A DNA stretch of 64,000 nt. Origin: Pelagibacteraceae bacterium AG-422-I02. Its GTDB lineage: Bacteria; Pseudomonadota; Alphaproteobacteria; Pelagibacterales; Pelagibacteraceae. The notes below the pieces were generated by a model. It saw nothing but the letters and a program-made list of their open reading frames with translations, was not told the origin of the DNA and did not search any database. Both the position numbers and the translations under genes were made by a program. Location of the stretch: contig QCMS01000005.1 in assembly GCA_003213555.1 (NCBI GenBank), positions 3,812 to 67,811 of the forward strand, in the 5' to 3' direction. Of the stretch, positions 53,638 through 64,000 are shown piece after piece. Each line of letters begins with the position of its first letter. Within the stretch, counting starts at the first letter, position 1.

Positions 53638-54449
53638 ATATTATCAATTAATCTTACTTTTTTAATGTAGTAAGCAAAGAATAAATTATATTCTTTATTA
53701 GGTTTCTTAATTTTTTTAAAACTTTTTGTATTATAATTTTCTAAATAGTCTATTTTACTTGCACCTAGTTTTATTAAATCTTTTTTAATTTTATTTATCT
53801 TAAATAAACTATAATTTTTTTTTATTTTTTTTTTCAAGTCACTGAGATAATAAAAAATATTAGATGCAATTTTCATTTGATTTTTACTAAGATTTAAATT
53901 TCTTGAAGAGCAAGCTATACCATTATTTTCTCTTATAGTTTTACATTCAATTATTTTAGATTTAATCTTTTTTTTTTCGATGTGTTTCTTAATCAAGAAT
54001 AATTGCTGATAATCTTTTTTCCCTAAAAAGATATACCTTGGTTTAATTATTTCTATAAATCTGTTAACTACATTTAAAACACCTTCGAAATGACCTTTTC
54101 TAAATTTACCACATAATTTTTTTGAAGATTTATCTAAAAAAATTTTGTTCTTAGGCCTAAACCCATATATGTCTTTAAATGTTGGAATATATAAATAATC
54201 AATCTTCAATTTCTTAAGCAGCTTTATGTCCTTTTTTGTATTTTTAGGATAAGACCTAAAATCACTTTTTTTATTGAATTGTTTAGGGTTCACAAAAATA
54301 GAGACTAAAGTTTTAAACTTAGATTTTTTAGATTGTTTGATCAATGAGATATGTCCTTTATGTAATCCACCCATTGTAGGTACAAAAGATGTCCCTTTAT
54401 TTTTTAAAATCTCTTTTTGAAGGGTATGTTTATCTTTAAATATTTTCAT
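53634..54449 (-). CDS. panC: Pantoate-beta-alanine ligase
   Basis: FVPTMGGLHKGH, SIFVNP.QF, G.KDYQQ, SSRN, RLIDN. Confidence 0.96.
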   Translation of the reverse strand: MKIFKDKHTLQKEILKNKGTSFVPTMGGLHKGHISLIKQSKKSKFKTLVSIFVNPKQFNKKSDFRSYPKNTKKDIKLLKKLKIDYLYIPTFKDIYGFRPKNKIFLDKSSKKLCGKFRKGHFEGVLNVVNRFIEIIKPRYIFLGKKDYQQLFLIKKHIEKKKIKSKIIECKTIRENNGIACSSRNLNLSKNQMKIASNIFYYLSDLKKKIKKNYSLFKINKIKKDLIKLGASKIDYLENYNTKSFKKIKKPNKEYNLFFAYYIKKVRLIDNI

Positions 54450-54487
54450 TTCTATAAACCAATGATAATAACTATTATAAGAATCAT

Positions 54488-55303
54488 ATGATAAAACAAG
54501 CCATTATTCCATTAGCAGGTTTAGGAACTAGAATGCTTCCTCTAACAAGTGTAATACCAAAAGAGTTAATGCCCATTAATGGCAAACCAAATTTACAATA
54601 TATATTAGAAGAATGTATTGATGCTGGTATAAAGGAATTCATTTTTATAATTTCAAAAAAAAAACTATCGATAAAAAAATATTTTTTTAACGATAATTTT
54701 TATAAAAAAATAATTAAAAAGAAAAAAGATAAAAGACTAATGGAGGAGTTTAAAAAAATAAAAAAATATCAAAAAATGATAAAATTTGTTTATCAGAATA
54801 AACCAAAAGGCACAGGTGATGCAGTTTTAAAATGCCAAAAATATATAAAAAGCAAATACTTTTTAATGCTTTTACCTGATGACTTAATAATTAAAAATAA
54901 TTGTTCAAAAGAAATGATACGATTACACAAAAAAACTAATGGATCTATAATTGCCACAAAAAGAGTAGAAAGAAAAACAGTATCAAGATGGGGAGTTTTA
55001 TCAATTAAAAATAAAAAAAAAAGATATTTTCAAATTAAAGATGTTGTAGAGAAACCTAGCATTAAAAAAGCGCCATCAAATTTTGCAATTATTGGTAGAT
55101 ATATATTGCCAACAAAAATTTTTACTGAAATAAAAAAATTAAAACCAGGTCAAGGAGGGGAGATACATATTACTGACGCAATTAGAAGTTTAATTAAAAA
55201 AGAAAATAAATTTTACGGAAATATTTTTACAGGTAAGTATTTAGATTGTGGAACTTTAAGCGGATATATTAATTCAGGAATACAAATATCTAAAGGAAAA
55301 TAA
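54488..55303 (+). CDS. galU: UTP-glucose-1-phosphate uridylyltransferase
   Basis: AIIP.AGLGTR.LP.T..IPKE, VEKP, GRY, EI..TDA. Confidence 0.9.
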   Translation: MIKQAIIPLAGLGTRMLPLTSVIPKELMPINGKPNLQYILEECIDAGIKEFIFIISKKKLSIKKYFFNDNFYKKIIKKKKDKRLMEEFKKIKKYQKMIKFVYQNKPKGTGDAVLKCQKYIKSKYFLMLLPDDLIIKNNCSKEMIRLHKKTNGSIIATKRVERKTVSRWGVLSIKNKKKRYFQIKDVVEKPSIKKAPSNFAIIGRYILPTKIFTEIKKLKPGQGGEIHITDAIRSLIKKENKFYGNIFTGKYLDCGTLSGYINSGIQISKGK

Positions 55304-56608
55304 ATGAAACTATGTATGATAGGAACTGGTTATGTTGGATTGGTAAGTGGTGTTTGCTTTGCTGATATAGGAAATCAAGTTATCTGTGTTGATAAAGATA
55401 AAAACAAAATAGATAAACTCAACTCTGGAATTTCACCTATCTATGAGCCAGGATTAGATGAATTAATAAAAAAAAATTTTGTAGCTAAACGTCTCTCATT
55501 CACAACAGATATTAATAAAGCTATAAATATATCAGATATAATATTTATATGTGTAGGAACTCCAACAAAAAAAGGATCAATTAAAGTGGATTTATCTTTT
55601 ATTTATAAATGTGCAAAAGAAATTTTAAAATATTCAAAAAGAAAAAAGATTATAATCACCAAGTCTACAGTCCCAGTAGGAACAGGCGATGAAATTGAAA
55701 AAATTCTAAAAAAAAAGAAAAAACTTTTTACAGTAATCTCTAATCCTGAATTCTTAAGAGAAGGAGAAGCAATACGTGATTTTAGATATCCTGATAGGAT
55801 CGTAATAGGATCAAACGAAAAAAAAGCCTTTAATATTATGAGAAAACTTTATACGCCATTAACAAACAAAGGCTCAAAATTTTTTACTACTTCAAGAAGA
55901 GGAGCTGAATTAATAAAATATGCTTCAAATGCTTTTCTTGCAACTAAAATTACTTTTATTAATGAACTTGCTAATTTATGTGAAAAGTCTGGAGTAAATA
56001 TAGAAGATATTTCATTAGGTATGGGTTCTGATAGTAGAATAGGCGGTAGGTTTTTACGTGCTGGCCCAGCTTATGGCGGTTCATGCTTTCCAAAAGACAC
56101 TAAAGGTTTAGTATCAGCTGCAGAGAAATATAAAATAAATCTATCAGTTGTTAAATCAGTAATTAAATCTAACCAAGAAAGAGTGAGTTTACTTACAAAT
56201 AGAATTCAAAAAATATTAGGTTCAAATATAAGAAATAAAAAAATTTCTTTCTTAGGTGTTACATTTAAACCAAACACTGATGATATGAGGGATTCTACCA
56301 GCCTCAAAATGATACCTTATTTATGCAAAAAGGGAGCTAAAGTTAATTACTATGATCCCTCTGGAGAAAAAAAAGAATTTAGAAAAATCAAAAACTGCAA
56401 TTACAAAAACAATATAAAATCTAATTGTAATGGTGCAGACCTAGTAGTTCTACTCACTGAATGGGATGAATTCAAATCGATAGACTTCAAAAAAATTGTT
56501 AAAAATAGTAAATTTAAAGTGTACGACCTAAGAAATCTTTATTCTGCTGAAGAAATGAAAAAAAATAAGATCAAATATTATTCCGTTGGCAGACCTAGCA
56601 TTAATTAA
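55304..56608 (+). CDS. ugd: UDP-glucose 6-dehydrogenase
   Basis: GTGYVGL, KSTVPVG, NPEFLREG, GGSCFPKD, FKPNTDD.R. Confidence 0.95.
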   Translation: MKLCMIGTGYVGLVSGVCFADIGNQVICVDKDKNKIDKLNSGISPIYEPGLDELIKKNFVAKRLSFTTDINKAINISDIIFICVGTPTKKGSIKVDLSFIYKCAKEILKYSKRKKIIITKSTVPVGTGDEIEKILKKKKKLFTVISNPEFLREGEAIRDFRYPDRIVIGSNEKKAFNIMRKLYTPLTNKGSKFFTTSRRGAELIKYASNAFLATKITFINELANLCEKSGVNIEDISLGMGSDSRIGGRFLRAGPAYGGSCFPKDTKGLVSAAEKYKINLSVVKSVIKSNQERVSLLTNRIQKILGSNIRNKKISFLGVTFKPNTDDMRDSTSLKMIPYLCKKGAKVNYYDPSGEKKEFRKIKNCNYKNNIKSNCNGADLVVLLTEWDEFKSIDFKKIVKNSKFKVYDLRNLYSAEEMKKNKIKYYSVGRPSIN

Positions 56609-57065
56609 GTTCAAAGATAGCATCAACTTCAACCGCAACACCCAATGGTAAACTGTTAACACTCACAGCTGCACGTGTATGTTCACCTTTTTTATCAAAA
56701 ATCTTTGCTATAATATCTGAAGCACCGTTTATAATTTTTGGCTGATCTTTAAAATCATCCGTTGAATTAACATATCCTGTTAATTTAATACAAGATTTAA
56801 CTTTATCCAAATCTCCTCCACAAGCATTTCTAACATGCGCGACAATATTTAAACCACATCTTTCGGCAGCTTGATAACCTTTCTTTAAATCTAAATCTTT
56901 TCCAATTTTACCAGTTATAAGTTTTGCATTTTCGTCAATAGATATTTGACCAGAAATATATAATAGTTTTCCAACAATCTTAGTGGCAACATAAGCTCCT
57001 ACTGGAGCTTTTGGTTCAGGTAGTTTTATATTTAAGCTCTTTATTTTGTTTTCTATTTCGCTCAT
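56601..57065 (-). CDS. RidA/YjgF family protein
   Basis: YISGQ, NGASD, G.H.RAAV.V.SLP.G..VE. Confidence 0.9.
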   Translation of the reverse strand: MSEIENKIKSLNIKLPEPKAPVGAYVATKIVGKLLYISGQISIDENAKLITGKIGKDLDLKKGYQAAERCGLNIVAHVRNACGGDLDKVKSCIKLTGYVNSTDDFKDQPKIINGASDIIAKIFDKKGEHTRAAVSVNSLPLGVAVEVDAIFELN

Positions 57066-59629
57066 TTTCTTTTGCCTTTTTTTTTATTCTTATCGTATTC
57101 TTTTCTTTTTTCAATTAATATAAGTGCTTCTTCCATAGTAAGTTCGTTTGGATCTTTTTCTTCTGGGATTGTTGCGTTTAGAGATTTATATTTTATATAG
57201 GGACCATATTGACCTTTCATAATTCTAACTGGTTTTTTATCCTCAGGATGCTCTCCAAGATCTTTGATAAGTGAAGAAGAAATCCTCCCTGGCTTAGCCT
57301 CAGCAATTAAAGTTATTGCTCGATTAATTCCAATTGAAAAAAGATCTTCAACATTTTCTAATCTTGCAGATTTATTTTCACATTTTAGATACGGACCAAA
57401 TCTTCCAGAATTAAGAGTTATATCTTGTCCATTATCTGGATGCTGTCCTAATACTTTTGGAAGTGAACATAGATATTTTGCTTTATCTAAATCAACGCTG
57501 TCAACATCAATACCTTTTGGAATTGATACATTTTTGAGATGCTCATTCTCATTTTTTTTCTTTCTACCTTTTTTCTTTTTTGTTTCTAATTCTTCTTTTT
57601 CTTTTTCATATTGCAAGTAGGGGCCAAATCTACCATTCTTTAAATATATATCTTTACCTTTATCGTTTTGACCCAGTAATTTAGGCTCCGCTAAATTATA
57701 TTGAGCTGCAGCTTTAGCTTTAGATAAAGGTCTAGTAAATTTACATTCTGGATAATTTGAACAACCTATAAAAGCCCCACCTCTAAAACTATTCTTAAGA
57801 CTTAGTTCTCCATTGGAACATAGCTTACACTTTCGATCTATAGCGTCTTTATCATCTCTTTCAAAAATTAAAGCTCCTAAACTTTCATTTAATAAGTCTA
57901 ATACTTCTCTAGTTCTCTTTTCTTTAACTTTTCCAACATTTTCATAAAAATCTTTCCAGAAATTATCTAAAACTTGAACCCATTCAATTTTACCACTAGT
58001 GATTTCATCTAGCTGATTTTCTAGGTCTGCAGTAAAGTTATAATCCACATATTTAGAGAACAATTTCTCTAAAAAAGCTGAAATTAGCTTACCTCTGTCA
58101 GTCGGATTAAACCTTTTATTAATTAATTCCACATAATTTCTCGTTGATAAAACTGAGATAATACTGGCATAAGTGGAGGGTCGTCCAATGCCTAATTCCT
58201 CCATTTTTTTTACCAAACTAGCTTCAGAGTATCGTGGGGGTGGATCTGTAAAATGTTGTTCATCATTTAGCTTAAGTATATTTATTTCTTCTCCGACTTT
58301 GACTTCAGGTAAAATATTTTTTGCATCTTCGTCAGTTTCTTGAACTTGATAAACTTTAAGAAATCCATCAAATTTTACGACTGATCCGCTAGCTCTAAAA
58401 TTAATCTTATCATCATTTGAAGAAATAATTATTGTATTTCTATCAAACTCTGCTGGAGTCATTTGAGATGATAAGGCTCTACTCCAAATTAATTCATAAA
58501 GTTTAAATTGATCTGCATTTACATATTTTTTTATATCAGAAGGTTTCCTGCTTATATTAGTTGGTCTGATTGCCTCATGAGCTTCTTGAGCGTTCTTTGC
58601 TTTTTTCCCCGTATAACTATTTGGTGCCATTGGTAAATATTTATCACCATAATCATCAGTAATAAATTTTCTAAAGTCATCTATTGCTTCTTTTGAAATA
58701 TTAGTTCCATCAGTTCTCATATAAGTAATTAATCCAGTTGTTTCGCCCTCGATATCTACACCTTGATAAAGTCGTTGTGCAATTTGCATTGTTCTGGAAG
58801 CTCCAAAACCAAATCGTCCCGAAGCAGTCTGTTGTAAAGTTGATGTTGTAAAAGGTGCTAGGGGGTTTCGTCTAAACACTTTTGTATTCACATCAGCAAT
58901 TTTAAATTTTGTTTTATTGATTACATCAACTGCTTTTTGTATTTCATCTTTATTTTTGAAAGAAAATTTTTCAATTTTTTTTCCATCAAATAAACTTAAT
59001 TTTGAAAAAATATTTTTATTATCTTTGTTCGTAAAGTCGGATGTAAGAGTCCAGTATTCTTCTGGTTTAAATAATTCTATTTCTTTCTCTCTTTCAGTAA
59101 TAAGTCTTAAGGCTACTGATTGAACTCTTCCTGCTGATTTTGATCCAGGTAATTTTGTCCAAAGGATTGGTGAGATATTAAATCCCACAAGATAGTCTAA
59201 GGCTCTTCGTGCTAGATAGGCTTCAACTAGAGGTAAATGAATTTCTCTTGGATTTTTAATAGCATCTAGAATTGCTTTTTTTGTAATCTCATTAAAAACA
59301 ACACGCTCAAGATGTTTATCTTTTAATAATTTTTTTTTATCTAAAACCTCTTTAACATGCCATGCGATAGCTTCACCTTCACGATCAGGGTCTGTAGCTA
59401 AAATAATTTTATCGGAATCTTCAGCAGCATTAGTGATTTCTTTTAAATATTTTTTTGAAAAAGAGTCTATTTCCCATTCCATTTGAAATTTATTTTCAGG
59501 ATCTACAGATCCATTTTTGGAAGGAAGATCTCTTATGTGCCCATAACTAGCTAAAACCAAATAATCTTTACCTAAATATTTATTTATTGTTTTTGCTTTT
59601 GCTGGACTTTCAACAATTACTAAATTCAT
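57062..59629 (-). CDS. topA: DNA topoisomerase I
   Basis: MNLVIVESPAKAKTI (ATG 59629), ATDPDREGE, SAGRVQS, ITYMRTD, one Zn ribbon plus GRFGPY C-terminal repeats. Confidence 0.98.
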   Translation of the reverse strand: MNLVIVESPAKAKTINKYLGKDYLVLASYGHIRDLPSKNGSVDPENKFQMEWEIDSFSKKYLKEITNAAEDSDKIILATDPDREGEAIAWHVKEVLDKKKLLKDKHLERVVFNEITKKAILDAIKNPREIHLPLVEAYLARRALDYLVGFNISPILWTKLPGSKSAGRVQSVALRLITEREKEIELFKPEEYWTLTSDFTNKDNKNIFSKLSLFDGKKIEKFSFKNKDEIQKAVDVINKTKFKIADVNTKVFRRNPLAPFTTSTLQQTASGRFGFGASRTMQIAQRLYQGVDIEGETTGLITYMRTDGTNISKEAIDDFRKFITDDYGDKYLPMAPNSYTGKKAKNAQEAHEAIRPTNISRKPSDIKKYVNADQFKLYELIWSRALSSQMTPAEFDRNTIIISSNDDKINFRASGSVVKFDGFLKVYQVQETDEDAKNILPEVKVGEEINILKLNDEQHFTDPPPRYSEASLVKKMEELGIGRPSTYASIISVLSTRNYVELINKRFNPTDRGKLISAFLEKLFSKYVDYNFTADLENQLDEITSGKIEWVQVLDNFWKDFYENVGKVKEKRTREVLDLLNESLGALIFERDDKDAIDRKCKLCSNGELSLKNSFRGGAFIGCSNYPECKFTRPLSKAKAAAQYNLAEPKLLGQNDKGKDIYLKNGRFGPYLQYEKEKEELETKKKKGRKKKNENEHLKNVSIPKGIDVDSVDLDKAKYLCSLPKVLGQHPDNGQDITLNSGRFGPYLKCENKSARLENVEDLFSIGINRAITLIAEAKPGRISSSLIKDLGEHPEDKKPVRIMKGQYGPYIKYKSLNATIPEEKDPNELTMEEALILIEKRKEYDKNKKKGKRK

Positions 59630-59697
59630 TATTCGTTTATTTTCAAAATTAAACGAATTTGTCAAATTTATTATTTAAAAACTAGAAAAGACAACAC

Positions 59698-60276
59698 TTA
59701 TAACTTAATTTTACTTTCTTCAGAATTTTTTAATCGAACTATATTTTCTCGATGTGTGTAAACGATAATTACGAAAAAAATAAAAAGTATTAAAGAAAAA
59801 TTATTAATAAAAAAATGTGAATAAACAAAAACAATTAGAGATGAAACGATTGAAGATAATGATGCGTATCTAAATAACAAAGATAAAACAAGCCAAGTAA
59901 TTCCAAAAATTAGAAAAAATTTATACGAAAGTGCTAATATAACACCTAGATAAGTTGCAACCCCTTTGCCTCCTTTAAATTTTAACCAAACAGGAAAAAT
60001 ATGACCGATAAAACAAATCAAAGCAGAATATGAAATTAGATTTTCAAAAAAAGTAAATGTTATGATGATAGAAAAATATCCTTTTAGCAAGTCAAGCATA
60101 AGGGTAGTAACAGCTAGAGATTTTTTTCCAGTTCTTAAAACATTTGTTGTTCCAATATTGCCTGATCCTATTTCTCTAATATCTTTTTTTAAAAAAATTT
60201 TTGTTAAAATTAATCCAAAAGGAATTGATCCTAATAAATAAGAATACACTGCAACTATTATTAAATTTATATCCAT
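59698..60276 (-). CDS. plsY: Glycerol-3-phosphate acyltransferase PlsY
   Basis: YLLGSIPFG, GSGNIG.TN..R, F.GGKGVAT, H..NI.RL. Confidence 0.97.
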   Translation of the reverse strand: MDINLIIVAVYSYLLGSIPFGLILTKIFLKKDIREIGSGNIGTTNVLRTGKKSLAVTTLMLDLLKGYFSIIITFTFFENLISYSALICFIGHIFPVWLKFKGGKGVATYLGVILALSYKFFLIFGITWLVLSLLFRYASLSSIVSSLIVFVYSHFFINNFSLILFIFFVIIVYTHRENIVRLKNSEESKIKL

Positions 60277-61565
60277 TATTTTGAGTAAACTAGTTCACCG
60301 TTAAGATAAGTCATTAAAATCTTTCCTTGGAGATTTCTATTTTCTATGGCTGTATTTTTTGATTTAGATTTTAGCTTATCAGTATTTACTTTCCATGGAG
60401 CTTCTAAATCAAATATACAAATATCTCCATCTGATCCTTTTACTAAAGTACCTTTTTTAATATTCAATATTTTAGCAGGATTGATGGTTAAGGTTTCTAT
60501 TATTTTACTTAGAGGAAGAGATTCATTATGATACATTTCTAAAGAAAGAGGCAGAAGGGTCTCTACACCAATAGCACCAGTAGCAGCTTGTGAGAATGGT
60601 AATCTTTTGCTTTCTTCATCCTCAGGTAAATGATCTGAAACTATTACATCTATTAACCCATCTTTGATACCTTGAACAAGTGACAATCTATCTTCTTCAA
60701 GCCTAAGGGGAGGAGATAATTTTAAAAAAGTCTTAAATTCACCAATATCATTCTCATTTAAGGATAAATTATTTATTGAGACACCTACGCTAAATTTTTT
60801 ACCATTATTTTTATTTTTTCTAATAACATCTAAAGATTGTTTAGATGAAATTTGATTTATGTGATATCTACAAGGATATTCACTAAGTAAACTTAAGTCT
60901 CTTTCAATTATTATTTTTTCAGCTAGAGCTGATACACCTTGTAGCCCAAGTCTCGTAGCTATTTCTCCGTCGTTGATGCAAGCGTTTTTTGATAACTCAT
61001 AGTCTTCTGCATGTTGCATTATTAAAACCCCAATATCAGAAGCATAATCCATTATCCTAGACATTAGCTCTGTATTTTGAATAGTTTTATTTACATCGCT
61101 AAAGCCAATTATTCCTCTACCAGAGAGTAAACCAAACTCAGTCATCAGCTTACCTTCGCATTGTTTAGTTATTGAAGCACAAGGAAAAAGGTTAACATTA
61201 GCTTTGTCTCTTCCTCTTCTAATAATGAAATCAACCATTGAAACGTTATCAATAATGGGTTTCGTATTAGGCATAGTTACTATAGATGTAACCCCTCCAG
61301 CTAAAGCTGCTTGGCTAAGAGTTCTAAAGTTTTCCTTATATTCATATCCTGGCTCGCCTACAAAAGCCTTCATATCTACTAACCCTGGAATTAAAATATT
61401 ATCTTTTAAATCAATTATCTCAGCATCTTTATTAGCGTCAGTTTTTTTTACATTTTTTCCTATAGCTTTTACTTTTCCTTTATCATCTAAAATTAAAGAG
61501 CCTTTCTCATCCATGCTTTGTGATGGATCTATAATTCTTGCATTAATAAAAATTTTTTCTTTCAT
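60276..61565 (-). CDS. pyrC: Dihydroorotase-like protein (probably inactive PyrC' partner of ATCase)
   Basis: Amidohydrolase DHOase fold (AGGVT, MPNT.P, PPLR, SDH.P), but PGLVDMKAF replaces the D.H.H metal motif. Confidence 0.85.
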   Translation of the reverse strand: MKEKIFINARIIDPSQSMDEKGSLILDDKGKVKAIGKNVKKTDANKDAEIIDLKDNILIPGLVDMKAFVGEPGYEYKENFRTLSQAALAGGVTSIVTMPNTKPIIDNVSMVDFIIRRGRDKANVNLFPCASITKQCEGKLMTEFGLLSGRGIIGFSDVNKTIQNTELMSRIMDYASDIGVLIMQHAEDYELSKNACINDGEIATRLGLQGVSALAEKIIIERDLSLLSEYPCRYHINQISSKQSLDVIRKNKNNGKKFSVGVSINNLSLNENDIGEFKTFLKLSPPLRLEEDRLSLVQGIKDGLIDVIVSDHLPEDEESKRLPFSQAATGAIGVETLLPLSLEMYHNESLPLSKIIETLTINPAKILNIKKGTLVKGSDGDICIFDLEAPWKVNTDKLKSKSKNTAIENRNLQGKILMTYLNGELVYSK

Positions 61566-62510
61566 TTATTTACAATACTTTTTTAAACAAGCCATTCTTA
61601 CTGCTACACCTAATTCAACTTGCTCTTTAACCAAACTAACGTTTATGTCATCTGCAAGTTTTGTATCTATTTCTACCCCTCTATTCATTGGACCGGGATG
61701 CATAATCAGTGCATCTTTTTTTGCAAATTTTAATTTTTCTGGAGTTAAACCGTAAAATTCATAATATTCTCTTTTTGAAGGTAAGAATGAACCCTGCATT
61801 CTTTCATTTTGTAATCTTAACATCATTACAATGTCGCAACCTTCAAGACCCTTCTTCATATCTGTAAAAGACTTTACTCCCATTCTATCAATTGATTTTG
61901 GCATTAATGTTTTAGGTGCTATTACATTTACTTCAGCACCTAACATGTTCATTAAATAAATATTTGATCTAGCTACTCTTGAGTGAAGTATGTCACCACA
62001 AATTGCTATCTTCAGTCCTTCAATCTTACCTTTTCTGTTAATTATTGTTAAAGCGTCAAGTAAAGCTTGAGTAGGGTGTTCTCTTCTTCCATCACCAGCA
62101 TTTATAACTGCACAATTAACTTTTTGAGATAATAAATTTGGTGCACCAGAGTCTTGATGTCTAATTACAATTAAGTCAGGGTGCATCGCGTTTAAAGTCA
62201 TTGCTGTATCAATTAAAGTTTCACCTTTTTTAAGTGCTGAGTTGTCCATGTTCATAGACATTACATCTGCACCTAATCTTTTACCTGCTAGATCAAACGA
62301 ACTTTGAGTTCTTGTGGATGGTTCAAAAAATAAATTAATTTGAGTTTTTCCTCTTAGAACATCTAATTTTTTTGAGCTACTTCTGTTTAATTCAATAAAT
62401 TTTTTTGCTTCATCTAATATTGCTTTAGCTTCTAATATCGAAAGGTTTTGAATACCAAGAAGATGTTTGGGAGAGTTTTTAATAGCTGTATTGTTTTTCT
62501 TAACTGCCAT
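61566..62510 (-). CDS. pyrB: Aspartate carbamoyltransferase catalytic subunit
   Basis: [30 protein letters not shown]. Confidence 0.98.
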   Translation of the reverse strand: MAVKKNNTAIKNSPKHLLGIQNLSILEAKAILDEAKKFIELNRSSSKKLDVLRGKTQINLFFEPSTRTQSSFDLAGKRLGADVMSMNMDNSALKKGETLIDTAMTLNAMHPDLIVIRHQDSGAPNLLSQKVNCAVINAGDGRREHPTQALLDALTIINRKGKIEGLKIAICGDILHSRVARSNIYLMNMLGAEVNVIAPKTLMPKSIDRMGVKSFTDMKKGLEGCDIVMMLRLQNERMQGSFLPSKREYYEFYGLTPEKLKFAKKDALIMHPGPMNRGVEIDTKLADDINVSLVKEQVELGVAVRMACLKKYCK

Positions 62511-62545
62511 TAAAATCAACTCTATAGGCGTTTTATAGTATCAGA

Positions 62546-63010
62546 TCAAGTATTTTCTTTAGTTAAGTAGTCCAAGGCACCTTGAAGTATAAATTGTGCA
62601 GAATTCTCATCTAATTTGCTTATTTTTTTTGATGTGTTTGATGCTAAATTATTGGATAAATTGAATGCTCCCTGACTTGATAATCTTTCATCCCATAAAG
62701 TGACATTTTCAGTAACATCTTTTGATAGATTAATAGCTAAATCTTTAGCTGATTGCGACGATTGACTAGATGATCCGTCCATATTGATTGGATTGCCAAC
62801 AACTATACCTTTAATCTGATTTTCATTAAAAATCATTATTATTTCTTTGAGAAATTCAGAATATTTATTTTTTATTAAAGTTGTATAAGGAGTTGCAATA
62901 ATTTTATTTTCATCAGAAATGGCTATACCAACACGTTTTCTACCTGGGTCAATTCCCATTAACCTAGACTTTTTATCGAGTTTTTTCTTAAATTCTTCAA
63001 TATCAAGCAT
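62546..63010 (-). CDS. ruvX: YqgF/RuvX pre-16S rRNA nuclease
   Basis: GIDPG.KRVGIAISD, VVG.P, WDERLSS, A..ILQ..LD. Confidence 0.93.
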   Translation of the reverse strand: MLDIEEFKKKLDKKSRLMGIDPGRKRVGIAISDENKIIATPYTTLIKNKYSEFLKEIIMIFNENQIKGIVVGNPINMDGSSSQSSQSAKDLAINLSKDVTENVTLWDERLSSQGAFNLSNNLASNTSKKISKLDENSAQFILQGALDYLTKENT

Positions 63011-63061
63011 GAAATTTACCTAATTTGTGATAAAACACATTTAAATTAACTTATTTCACAA

Positions 63062-63350
63062 ATGTCCCTAGATAAAGAAAAAATTAAACATGTTGCAAAA
63101 TTAGCTCGAATTTCAGTTGATGAAGCCAAAGTTGAGAGTCTAACAAAAGATTTAAACTCTATTTTTAAGTTTATAGAGCAATTAAATGAACTAAATACAG
63201 ATAAAGTTGAACCATTAACTTCTATACTTAATCAGTCATTAAGATCGAGAAAAGATGAAATTAGCGATGGTAAGATAAGAGAGAAAATTCTGAAAAAATT
63301 CTCCTAAAGAAAACGAAGAATTTTTTGTAGTTCCTAAGGTGGTGGAGTAA
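63062..63350 (+). CDS. gatC: Asp/Glu-tRNA amidotransferase subunit C, with an apparent +1 frameshift near 63293-63298
   Basis: VAKLARI...LNELNT..VEP; the conserved tail NSPKENEEFFVVPKVVE* continues in another frame to TAA 63348-50. Confidence 0.9.
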
Positions 63351-64000
63351 TGGCTGATATTACAAATCAAAGTCTAAATGAAATTATAGAAAACGTAAAA
63401 ACGAAAAAAGTCTCATCTACAGAATTAACTAAAGCATATGTAAAAAATATTGAAAGTGCAAAAAAGTTAAATGCATTTGTTACTACAACATTCGATCAAG
63501 CTTTAGATAAGGCAAAACAATTTGATAATAAACCAAATTTTGATCAATTACTTCCTGGAATACCTTTAGCTGTAAAAGATTTATTTTGTACAGAAAATAC
63601 AAAAACAACTGCTGGAAGTAATATTTTAAATAATTTTATTCCATCTTATGAGTCAACAGTTACAAAAAATTTATGGGACCATGGGTCTTTTCTTTTAGGA
63701 AAATTAAATTGTGATGAGTTTGCAATGGGCTCTTCTAATGAAACAAGTCATTATGGAAATGTTATTAATCCAGTAGGAGATCAATTAGTACCTGGCGGCT
63801 CATCTGGAGGATCCTCATCCGCTTTAGCTGCTGACTTAACTCCAGCTACAATTGGAACAGATACAGGTGGATCAATAAGACAACCAGCTTCTTTCACAGG
63901 CACAGTAGGTTTAAAACCAACTTATGGTTTATGTTCTAGATGGGGCATCGTAGCTTTTGCATCTTCTTTAGATCAAGCTGGTCCAATGACAAAAACTATT
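63350..64000 (+). CDS. gatA: Asp/Glu-tRNA amidotransferase subunit A (partial, runs off window end)
   Basis: My translation: MADIT...GIPLAVKDLF..., GKLNCDEFAMGSSNE, PGGSSGGS, GTDTGGSIRQPA amidase signature. Confidence 0.96.
   Translation, partial: MADITNQSLNEIIENVKTKKVSSTELTKAYVKNIESAKKLNAFVTTTFDQALDKAKQFDNKPNFDQLLPGIPLAVKDLFCTENTKTTAGSNILNNFIPSYESTVTKNLWDHGSFLLGKLNCDEFAMGSSNETSHYGNVINPVGDQLVPGGSSGGSSSALAADLTPATIGTDTGGSIRQPASFTGTVGLKPTYGLCSRWGIVAFASSLDQAGPMTKTI

Noticed and set aside
22888-61755. Numerous 60-180 aa antisense or alternate-frame ORFs within tuf, rpoBC, fusA, r-protein genes, mgtE, topA and pyrC
   Set aside because: They are fully nested opposite conserved genes and have the Ser/Ile/Phe-rich composition expected from antisense reading of AT-rich codons.

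Overview
This is a very AT-rich, densely coding bacterial window with minimal intergenic space and many TAATG stop/start overlaps. Gene content and order fit a streamlined SAR11/Pelagibacterales alphaproteobacterium (inference). Most of it is core genome: cimA (partial), trmJ, rpsD, grxD-bolA, purBCSQL, map, sfsA, cinA-like, nadK, rlmB, five tRNAs (Leu-TAA, Thr-TGT, Tyr-GTA, Gly-TCC, Trp-CCA), tuf-secE-nusG-rplKAJL-rpoBC, the str/S10/spc/alpha ribosomal cluster (no rpmD, no second tuf), rluA-like, lipB, mgtE, panC, galU-ugd, ridA, topA, plsY, pyrC'/pyrB, yqgF, gatC (apparent 1-nt frameshift) and partial gatA. The accessory part is about 11.3-21.0 kb and has three parts. (i) A module of an SxtJ-like membrane protein, a methyltransferase, a NodU/CmcH carbamoyltransferase, an unannotated 50-aa SxtK/DUF5989 peptide ending in a DltX-like FIYxxF motif, and a membrane-anchored SGNH protein. 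I propose this may be an MBOAT-free carbamoyl-shuttle system for envelope modification (inference). (ii) A 1.2-kb integrase-less element bounded by a 124-bp direct repeat that duplicates the upstream region and 5' half of tRNA-Leu(TAA). It carries periodic arm-like repeats and one hydratase gene. (iii) A second, C-terminally extended carbamoyltransferase plus a methyltransferase beside tRNA-Thr.
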